Of a stretch of 64,000 nucleotides of DNA, positions 47,628 to 55,493 are shown in pieces (within the stretch, counting starts at the first letter, position 1; every line of letters begins with the position of its first letter). The notes under the pieces were generated by a model. The model was given only the letters and a program-made list of their open reading frames with translations. It searched no databases and was not told the origin of the DNA. The position numbers and the translations under genes are program-made. The DNA comes from Oscillospiraceae bacterium (GTDB taxonomy: Bacteria; Bacillota; Clostridia; Oscillospirales; Ruminococcaceae): the NCBI GenBank assembly GCA_022769365.1, contig JALEJO010000012.1, positions 2,917 to 66,916 of the forward strand, read 5' to 3'.

Positions 47628-49385
47628 TTACTTAATAATCTTCTGAATATCTTCCAGTATCATCTGCGGAACAAGTCTGTTTTCCTTCATAACCTCATCT
47701 ACGCTGTATCTGTCGAGAAATTCTTTTTTCAGACCGTAATTAAGAACTTTCACATCAGAATTTCCATAGAAACGTGCTATCTTTTCACCGAAACCGCCAT
47801 CAAGAATACCATCTTCAAGTGTAATAACAATGTCGTGTTCTTTTTTAAGGTTTTCAAGCATTTCTTCGTCAATTCCTGTTATGTAGCGAGGATTAATTAA
47901 AGTAGGCTTTATTTCGCTGCTTTCAGATATATATTTTACTGTGTTTTCTCCAAGCTGATAGAAGTCACCAAGGGCAATTACTGCAATTTTGCTTCCTTTT
48001 TGTGTGATTTTGTATTTGTTTAAATCTGAGTAGTCAGTGTCAACTTTTTCACCTGATGAAATAACGCCATTACAAGGCATTCTTACTGCGACAGGGTGGT
48101 CATTCTGTTCAATACTCCAATCAAGCATTGCAAAGTATTCTTCTTTTGAAGTCGGTGCAAGATATACCATATTAGGAATATTTGAAATAAGCGGAATATC
48201 ATATATGCCAAGATGTGTTATATCATTCATTCCGAAAACAGATGCAGTACATACAATTACAGTTGCAGGATTGTTATTTATACAAAGGTCCTGAGAAAGC
48301 TGGTCGAAAGTACGCTGAATAAAACTGCTGTGAGTTGCAAAGACAGGTTTTCCGCCTGCTGAGGCAATTCCTGATGCAAAAGCTACTGCGTGTTCTTCTG
48401 CAATACCAACATCAACAAACTGTTTTCCGGCTTCTTTTCTTTTTTCTTCAGTAAATCCGATAGAAGTAGGAACGGCTGCTGAAATAGCTACAACTGTAGG
48501 GTCTTTCTTCATTTTTTCAAGAAGAAAATCGGCTGTTAATGTTCCGTAATCTTCACCATTTGATGTGAATTTAGGCTTGCCTGTTTTTATATCAAACGGC
48601 ATACACCAATGCCAGTTTTCCTTGTCTTTTTCAGCAATAGGATAACCTTTGCCTTTCTGTGTTACAATATGAACAACAACAGGGTGGTCAATATCTTTAA
48701 CTTCTTCAAGTGCAGATATAACAGATGCTATATCATTGCCGTTTTTTACAAATTTGTAATCAAGATTGAGTGAACGGAATAAATTGCATTCGCATTTTCC
48801 GTCTGTTTTACGAAGCTGTTTGAGATTCTTATAAAGACCGCCGTGATTTTCAGCAATAGACATATCATTATCATTTACAATAATAATGAAATTAGTTCCG
48901 AGTTCTGACGCAAAGTCAAGGCCTTCAAGTGCTTCACCGCCGCTGAGTGAACCATCACCTATAACGGCTATAACATTGCCTTTTTCGCCTTTTAAATCTC
49001 TTGCCTTAACAAGACCTGATGCAAGGCTGACAGATGTTGAAGTGTGACCGACGTTGAAGAAATCGTGTTTGCTTTCGGCAGGGTTTGTATATCCTGAAAC
49101 ATCATCATATTTATCTTCGTATAAAAACGCATCTTTGCGTCCTGTGAGCATTTTGTGGCAATAGCTCTGATGTGAAACATCAAAAACAATCTTGTCTTTT
49201 GGTGAATCAAAAACATAGTGAAGTGCTATAGTTGTTTCAACCATTCCAAGATTCGGTCCGAAATGTCCGCCATGAATGCTGAGCTTTTTTATTAAGGCTT
49301 TTCGCATTTCTTCAGCAAGTGAAGTCATTTCATCGATGTTTAATTTTTTAAGGTCTTCTGGTGAGTCGATTTTTTCAATATACAT
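47628..49385 (-). CDS. dxs: 1-deoxy-D-xylulose-5-phosphate synthase (short clade)
   Basis: GHFGPNLG, FDVSHQ, GHTSTS, GDGSLSGG...NDN TPP motif, DVGIAEEHA, DGGFG. Confidence 0.9.
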   Translation of the reverse strand: MYIEKIDSPEDLKKLNIDEMTSLAEEMRKALIKKLSIHGGHFGPNLGMVETTIALHYVFDSPKDKIVFDVSHQSYCHKMLTGRKDAFLYEDKYDDVSGYTNPAESKHDFFNVGHTSTSVSLASGLVKARDLKGEKGNVIAVIGDGSLSGGEALEGLDFASELGTNFIIIVNDNDMSIAENHGGLYKNLKQLRKTDGKCECNLFRSLNLDYKFVKNGNDIASVISALEEVKDIDHPVVVHIVTQKGKGYPIAEKDKENWHWCMPFDIKTGKPKFTSNGEDYGTLTADFLLEKMKKDPTVVAISAAVPTSIGFTEEKRKEAGKQFVDVGIAEEHAVAFASGIASAGGKPVFATHSSFIQRTFDQLSQDLCINNNPATVIVCTASVFGMNDITHLGIYDIPLISNIPNMVYLAPTSKEEYFAMLDWSIEQNDHPVAVRMPCNGVISSGEKVDTDYSDLNKYKITQKGSKIAVIALGDFYQLGENTVKYISESSEIKPTLINPRYITGIDEEMLENLKKEHDIVITLEDGILDGGFGEKIARFYGNSDVKVLNYGLKKEFLDRYSVDEVMKENRLVPQMILEDIQKIIK

Positions 49386-49427
49386 TTTTTCTGCTCCTTT
49401 AATTTAAATAAATTTTATTGTGATAGT

Positions 49428-49458
49428 ATTATATCACTTTGAGTAAACTCCAAGTCAA
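49428..49458 (-). promoter_or_regulatory. MerR-type promoter (19-bp spacer with a dyad) driving dxs
   Basis: Minus strand TTGACT-19nt-TATAAT with the dyad CTTGGAGT-TT-ACTCAAAG (49454-49437) overlapping the -35 and spacer. Confidence 0.75.
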
Positions 49459-49590
49459 TACATTTTTTTGCATTTTGTATACTTGTACAAATCAACAAGT
49501 GAAAAATTGTGAAAATTTTATCAGGCTGAAAATATGATTGCTGACTGTCAAACAAAAAAATTGCAGCCTTTAAAAGACTGCAATCTGTAT

Positions 49591-50985
49591 TTATATTTTT
49601 TTAAGTTTTAAATGTTTTGCTGTATACTCGTTATCTTCGGTATTTTCAATATTTTCCTGTTTGCTGCTTTCACGTCTGTAAACTCTTATAAATGCGAAAA
49701 CATTAATAGCAAGAGCACCAATCCATGCACAGCAATCGGCATAAGCTGTTGTTCTGAATCCAACTGAACTTATAAATAAAACTATTACTGATATTCTGAG
49801 AACCATTTCTGCAATTCCAGAAATCATAGGAATAAGCGGGAATCCCATTCCCTGAACGCAGCTTCTCACAACAAATAAACAGTTTACAAAAATCAAAAAT
49901 GCACCGCATATAGGCAAATATTGTGCAGCTATTGCAATTTGTTCTGAGCCATTAAGGAGTACAGATGCAAGCTGTGAAGGAATAATAATCATAACAGAAC
50001 CAAGAAGAACATATGCTGCAAAAGAAATTACAAGACATGATTTCATACCTTCTTTTATTCTGTCAAATTTTTTCGCACCATAATTCTGACTTGCATAAGC
50101 ACTCATAGTATAGCCTGCTGTGTTTGATGGCTGCATAAATAAGTTGAGATATTTGCTGCAAGCTGAATAAGCCGAAGTATAGGCAACTCCAAGACCATTT
50201 ACAAAATACTGAATTGCCATACAGCCTATTGCTGTTATGGAGTTCATAAGTGCCATTGGTGTACCGTTTTTAAGAAGAATGCCATACATTTGCGGATCAA
50301 ATTTAATTTCTTCTTTTGAAAGTTTAAGAAAATCTATTTTTCTAAGCTTGTTGATACATATAAAAGAAGAACCAATCTGAGAAATTATCGTTGCAATTGC
50401 TGCACCTTCAACACCTGTTTTAAAAAAGAAAATGAAAATAATATCAAGTGCAATATTGAGTATAGAAGAAGTTATAATGGCTTTCAGAGGTGTTTTACTG
50501 TCACCAAGTGAACGAAGTATTCCTGAACTTAAATTATATGCAATCGTTGCAAATAATCCGCCGAAAATAATTCTGCCGTACAAAAGACTTTCATCCATAA
50601 TTGAAGAATCAGTCTGAAGCATAATCATAATAGGTTTCAGAAAAATCATACTGAAAATAGTAAGAAATACTATTATAAGCAAGGCAAGCTGTATTGAAGC
50701 CGAAAGCGAACGCCTTAGCTTTTTAAAATTTTTCTCACCAAAATTTTGTGCTATAAGAATAGAAAAACCATTTGATAATCCAATTGAAAAGCCTATTATA
50801 AGAAATGTGAGAGTTGACATATTTCCAACGGCAGCAAGTGAATTATCACCAAGACCTTTTCCGACTATAGCTGTATCTGCAAAAGAATAGAGCTGCTGGA
50901 GCATATTTGTAACAAGCAGCGGAAAGAAAAAACCAATAATAAGTTTAGGAGTTTTTCCTTTTGTGAAATCAACAGTTCCACTCAT
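49591..50985 (-). CDS. MATE-family efflux transporter
   Basis: LQQLYSFADTAIVG, LRSLGDSKTPL, NIALD, GVEGAAIAT; start refined to MSGTVDFTKG after GGACGGTGA. Confidence 0.93.
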   Translation of the reverse strand: MSGTVDFTKGKTPKLIIGFFFPLLVTNMLQQLYSFADTAIVGKGLGDNSLAAVGNMSTLTFLIIGFSIGLSNGFSILIAQNFGEKNFKKLRRSLSASIQLALLIIVFLTIFSMIFLKPIMIMLQTDSSIMDESLLYGRIIFGGLFATIAYNLSSGILRSLGDSKTPLKAIITSSILNIALDIIFIFFFKTGVEGAAIATIISQIGSSFICINKLRKIDFLKLSKEEIKFDPQMYGILLKNGTPMALMNSITAIGCMAIQYFVNGLGVAYTSAYSACSKYLNLFMQPSNTAGYTMSAYASQNYGAKKFDRIKEGMKSCLVISFAAYVLLGSVMIIIPSQLASVLLNGSEQIAIAAQYLPICGAFLIFVNCLFVVRSCVQGMGFPLIPMISGIAEMVLRISVIVLFISSVGFRTTAYADCCAWIGALAINVFAFIRVYRRESSKQENIENTEDNEYTAKHLKLKKI

Positions 50986-51239
50986 TTTTATCACCGTCCT
51001 TAAGTGAGAATTATACGCTTTTAACGGAAATAAATATACTAAAAATCCCACTTTTCTGGCAATTTTCTGATATATTATATTGTAAAAAAATAAAGAAAAA
51101 AAGTAATGTTTTGTGTTAACTAAAATCGATTTCACATAAGGCAATATTTGTAAAAAATCCTGTTAAGATTATTCATCATTAACAGGAAAATTTAGTGGAA
51201 ATAATTTTTTAAAAGCTTATATTAAGAAGAGAAAACTTT

Positions 51240-52094
51240 TCAGTCCTCATTATTTACAACTATCTGATCAAGAACCGAAATATCTTTGTCATCCAAGTTG
51301 TTTTCTGAAACCATTTTTACAATATCTTCATAGGAATATTTTGAAGCAGGATATAAAACAACAATTGAATGGTCACCGTTTGCAAGAAAATTTTCTTTTC
51401 CGTAGTCTGTATAACGTGTTGCACCGATTGAAACAAGAATTTTTTCAGGTTTATCGGCTGAAATAAGGTAAGAATTTATATTTTCAGCAGGACCTTCATC
51501 TTTTTGTGTGTTGAATTTTTCAATGAGCCAGTCTGTAAGTTTTTTGTAAACATAGCTGTAATCTTTAATGGCACTGTCTTCGCCATATGCAAAAACTTTT
51601 TTATCTCTCACAAGGAAACTTGCAATTCTGTAATCATTTATAACGCTGTTTTCATCGAAAGATGATATTTCAATTATGTTATCAGAAACGCCCTTGCTGC
51701 ATTCGCCCCAATTTTTTTTCATACTGATTTTTTTAGCACCTTCACGTCTTATTGAACAGTCGTTTGATGCACAGAAACCAAGAGGTTTAAGTTCTTTGAC
51801 TTCATCATTTTCCCATACTGCACTAAATAAAACAGCACATTCAGGTTCTATCTGCAATTTTGTCTGACCAACAGGATAAATTATTTTTTTGCTGTCAAAT
51901 GGAAATATTTTAAGATAGTCAGGAACATTTTCTTTTCCATTCGGAATATAAGTAGGGAAAACGGCTTTTGGTGCGTTTGCTTCTTTTGTTTTAACGTTAA
52001 CAAAATCGGCTGCTTCGCCAGCCTGTTCAAGATGTCCTGTAAAATTGCCTGCAACACCGAAAGATGCAATGTTTTTTAAATCAAATTTCATCAT
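51240..52094 (-). CDS. DUF5718-family protein with FAH-superfamily-like motifs
   Basis: FGVAGNFTGHLEQAGE, QIEPECAV, ASNDCSIRR, KKNWG, IGATRY. Confidence 0.7.
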   Translation of the reverse strand: MMKFDLKNIASFGVAGNFTGHLEQAGEAADFVNVKTKEANAPKAVFPTYIPNGKENVPDYLKIFPFDSKKIIYPVGQTKLQIEPECAVLFSAVWENDEVKELKPLGFCASNDCSIRREGAKKISMKKNWGECSKGVSDNIIEISSFDENSVINDYRIASFLVRDKKVFAYGEDSAIKDYSYVYKKLTDWLIEKFNTQKDEGPAENINSYLISADKPEKILVSIGATRYTDYGKENFLANGDHSIVVLYPASKYSYEDIVKMVSENNLDDKDISVLDQIVVNNED

Positions 52095-52164
52095 TCTTCT
52101 CCAATCAAATTTATTATAAGTACTATTATAGTATATTTTTATGAAAAATGCAATAGTTTTTATA

Positions 52165-52440
52165 AATTAGGATTTAGGAAGCGGCGTGTCGCCTTCTTGA
52201 ATGAGGAATGAGGAGTGAGGAATGAGGAATTAAAGTGTCAGCTTCGCTGACGGATTTATAAACCTCTCCGTTATTGGCTGTACGGACACCGTACCCCCTC
52301 CTTAAAAGGAGAGGCTTTTATTAGATTTTCAAAGTTGTTGTTATGGCTCGCCTTTTAAGGAGAGCTGTCAGCTTTAGCTGACTGAGAGGTCTTATATAAG
52401 TTAACTTCAAACATCACCACAACTCCTTGCTCCTAATTCT
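52165..52440. repeat. Heptamer-capped palindromic element, copy H (composite)
   Basis: A truncated B/E-type left end (AATTAGG..GGAAGCGGCGTGTCGCC) abuts a reverse-oriented element starting at 52200 with four heptamers. Confidence 0.88.
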
Positions 52441-52876
52441 ATATTTGGTTAAATTGTATAAATAAATAAACATAATAAAATAATTATGTGATAAATATGG
52501 AAATTGAAAAATCGTGAAACTCCAAAAGATTACAAAACGATAAAAACCAATTTTACCACTATTATAACAATAAAACTAAAAATAAGATGAAAATTTTTGT
52601 TAATAAATATTGAGAATTGAACATTTGCATACATAATGCACAAAATTAACAGTAAAATATTATTGGTATTTTACATTCTGCTTGAAAAAATCGGCTTGAT
52701 TTATTTTTTGAGTTGTGTTATAATTCTAAATAGTGATTTAGGTGGATAAAGAAAGCAAAGTTTATCAGAAATAAAACAGAGATATATGTCGTGCTGTGCA
52801 GGTCAGCAAATGGAACAAATTGGACAGACATTGCAAAGCGGTTACGACTTTATTTCAGATGGGAGAACTTTTAATT

Positions 52877-53842
52877 ATGCAGAAAGTAAAGAATGATTCA
52901 AAAACATTCAGATCGCATATTCTTGTTTTGATTTTAACTATGGTTTTTACAGTCGGATGTATTTTTTCAGTATCCGTACCAAAAGCATCAGCAGATGATT
53001 CATACAAATCCTGGAAGCAGTTTGATTCTGCGTGGGGTTCAATGACACTCAGCGGAAGAGGCACAACAGTTGCAAAATATGGCTGTGCAGTTACAGCTCT
53101 TTCAATGATGTGTGTTCATAGCGGTGCAGTTTCATCAGAAAATTTCAATCCGGGTGTTCTTGTGAATTTTCTTAAAGAAGATGGTGCATTTACATCTGAC
53201 GGAAGTATAATATGGAGCAAGATTTCAGATTTTACTCCAAACATAACATTTAAAATGAACAATAACAACCGTTACAGTTCAAAACAGAATGTTATAAACA
53301 CAATGAAAAACTATCTCAATTCGGGATATTATGTTATCCTTAGAGTAAATAATAACGGAAGTACTCATTTTGTTACACTTGATTATATGACAGATTCAGA
53401 TATATTTATGATGGATCCCGGTAAGACAGGTGCAACAAATCTTTTCGATACGTATGGCTATTATAATATAACAGGTGTTCGTTTGTTCAGCGTTACAACA
53501 GGTGATCCTTCAACACTTATAACAGATGGTTCAGTTCCTGAAGACCCTACAGCACCTGTTGAAGAAATAGACGGAACTCTTGATTCTATTTCATCATCTG
53601 CAAACCTTGTTCTTAATAATTCAGGTGATGTGGTAAGTTCAAATACATCTGATTATCTTGCAGGTAAATATTCAACAATTGCAGCTCTTAATTTAAGAAA
53701 AGAAGGCAGCATTGATTCAGATGTTTTAATGACAATTCCAAAGAATGCACAGCTTAATGTTGTTCTTACAACAATAGACGGCTGGGGTAAAGTTACATAT
53801 AATAACAAAACAGGCTGGATTTGCCTTAGATACGTTAAGTAA
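52877..53842 (+). CDS. Secreted C39-like cysteine peptidase with a C-terminal SH3b domain (probable cell-wall hydrolase)
   Basis: Signal peptide; KQFDSAWG..YGCAVTALSM (Cys), HFV (His), MDP (Asp); LNLRKEGS..GWGKVTYNNKTGWI SH3b. Confidence 0.82.
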   Translation: MQKVKNDSKTFRSHILVLILTMVFTVGCIFSVSVPKASADDSYKSWKQFDSAWGSMTLSGRGTTVAKYGCAVTALSMMCVHSGAVSSENFNPGVLVNFLKEDGAFTSDGSIIWSKISDFTPNITFKMNNNNRYSSKQNVINTMKNYLNSGYYVILRVNNNGSTHFVTLDYMTDSDIFMMDPGKTGATNLFDTYGYYNITGVRLFSVTTGDPSTLITDGSVPEDPTAPVEEIDGTLDSISSSANLVLNNSGDVVSSNTSDYLAGKYSTIAALNLRKEGSIDSDVLMTIPKNAQLNVVLTTIDGWGKVTYNNKTGWICLRYVK

Positions 53843-53854
53843 AGGATTTTATGT

Positions 53855-54832
53855 ATGAGTAACTGGATTCAGATAAAAATAAAAACAACTTCTCCCGCAA
53901 ATGATCTTCTTTGCGGGAGATTGCTTGATTTTGGTATACGTGGTTTTGAAATTCACGACCCTGAGGAATTTGAAGAATTTCTTGAAAACAAAGATGGCAA
54001 ATGGGACTATATAGATGATGAACTTTTACGCAAACAAAATGCGGAGTCATCTGTTACTGTTTATGTTCCTGATAACAGTCAGGGAATGGAAATGTTTTCT
54101 TTAATAAAGGAAATGATTGCACATCTTAAAAGAGAAGATACGGAAAACTTTTATGGTTCTCTTGATTATGAAATAAATAATATGAAAGAAGAGGATTGGG
54201 CTAATAACTGGAAGCAGTATTTCAAGCCTTTCAAAGTTGGTGAGAAGCTGTTTGTTAAGCCAACATGGGAAGAAGCAGAAACACCTGACGGAAGAAAAGC
54301 TCTTCTTATAGACCCTGAGAGCAGCTTTGGAACGGGTCAGCACCACACAACAAGACTTTGCCTTGAACTCCTTGAAAGTGCCTTAAAAGAGGGCGACAGG
54401 GTTCTTGATATGGGTTGCGGAAGCGGTATACTTTCAATTGCAGCATCAATTCTTGGGGCAAAGGAAGTAACTGCGGTTGACATTGAAGAAAATGCAGTTA
54501 AAATTGCAACTAAAAACGCAAAGAAAAATAATATTTCACTCGATAATTACACTCTTTACTGCGGAAATATTCTTGATGATGAGTCGCTTGTTGAGAAAAT
54601 CGAAAAAGACGGCTGTTATGATTTGATACTTGCAAATATAGTTGCAGATGTTCTTAAAGCGATGGCACCTCTTTTCAATAAATTCCTTAGAAAAGGCGGT
54701 ACGCTTATAGTTTCGGGAATAATAACTGAAAGAGAAAAAGAAGTCCTTGATACAATTGTTGAAAATGGTTTTGAGCTTTCAATTGCAAATGAAAAAGAGG
54801 GTTGGACTGCGGCTAAACTTATTAAAAAATAA
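53855..54832 (+). CDS. prmA: Ribosomal protein L11 methyltransferase
   Basis: DWANNWKQYF, SFGTGQHHTT, LDMGCGSGILSI, ANIVADV, VSGII. Confidence 0.97.
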   Translation: MSNWIQIKIKTTSPANDLLCGRLLDFGIRGFEIHDPEEFEEFLENKDGKWDYIDDELLRKQNAESSVTVYVPDNSQGMEMFSLIKEMIAHLKREDTENFYGSLDYEINNMKEEDWANNWKQYFKPFKVGEKLFVKPTWEEAETPDGRKALLIDPESSFGTGQHHTTRLCLELLESALKEGDRVLDMGCGSGILSIAASILGAKEVTAVDIEENAVKIATKNAKKNNISLDNYTLYCGNILDDESLVEKIEKDGCYDLILANIVADVLKAMAPLFNKFLRKGGTLIVSGIITEREKEVLDTIVENGFELSIANEKEGWTAAKLIKK

Positions 54833-54834
54833 TC

Positions 54835-54867
54835 AAAAGCACCGATTTTATATCGGTGCTTTTTTTT
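54835..54867. terminator. Bidirectional terminator
   Basis: AAAAGCACCGAT / ATCGGTGCTTTT. Confidence 0.85.
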
Positions 54868-55042
54868 ATCCTTCAATTGTACTTCCTGTTCGTTCATGAT
54901 GATAAATTTTCATTGGTGCGTTATCAACAACATTTTCGTAAAGGTCAATGCTTTCATAAGGCATTTTTCTTCCCTTTGCTGAATGGGGAACATATATTCT
55001 CATATCGTTTAAATCTGCCACAGGCACATTATATTTCTTCAT
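54866..55042 (-). CDS. Unannotated 58-aa small protein
   Basis: MKKYNVPVADLNDMRIYVPHSAKGRKMPYESIDLYENVVDNAPMKIYHHERTGSTIEG*; AAAGGAG RBS 7 nt upstream; its stop abuts the terminator. Confidence 0.7.
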   Translation of the reverse strand: MKKYNVPVADLNDMRIYVPHSAKGRKMPYESIDLYENVVDNAPMKIYHHERTGSTIEG

Positions 55043-55144
55043 TTTAAATCTCCTTTTTCAATCTGAAAAACTTCTTTTGTTTTATTATGCCGTAAAATAA
55101 AATTATTATACAAAAAATATTTTTTTATTTATTTAAAATTTTAC

Positions 55145-55173
55145 TTGACAAATTTTTTTTGATGTAGTATAAT
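55145..55173 (+). promoter_or_regulatory. sigma-A promoter of the trp operon
   Basis: TTGACA-17nt-TATAAT. Confidence 0.85.
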
Positions 55174-55184
55174 GATACTAAATT

Positions 55185-55470
55185 CAATGAGGCGAAAGTG
55201 AGTAGCCTGTATAACGGATTCACAGAGAGCTGAAGATGGTGAGATTTCGGCAATAACGGTACAGAGTGAATGGGTTTGCACAGAAGCACAGCGGAATTTT
55301 CAGTATGTTGTGACGTATTTTCTGCGTTAAGGAAAAGGATATATCCGTATATTTGGAAGCGGCGTATCTGTAATGAGGGAAATCAATATTTTTACTTTAT
55401 TTATGATTTCTGAATTTGGGTGGCAACACGAGTCTATCGTCCCATTATTTTGGGGTGATAGGCTTTTTTT
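55185..55470 (+). ncRNA. Trp-specific T-box riboswitch
   Basis: Stem I with AGAGAGCTGAAGATGGTGAGATTTCGG; specifier GAA-TGG-G (UGG at 55271-55273); T-box AATTTGGGTGGCAACACG (55413-55430); terminator 55431-55470. Confidence 0.92.
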
Positions 55471-55493
55471 ATTTGCAAAGGAGTGTATATCAT

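Noticed and set aside
10588-52440. CRISPR array interpretation of the repeated palindromes
   Set aside because: Copies are dispersed singly over 40 kb, are mostly 220-320 bp, and lack the regular repeat-spacer period; no cas genes are present.
52790-52860. c-di-GMP-I riboswitch before the C39 peptidase
   Set aside because: AGCAAA, GAC and GCAAAGC fragments are present, but there is no GNRA-capped P2 or receptor P3; kept only as a generic structured leader.
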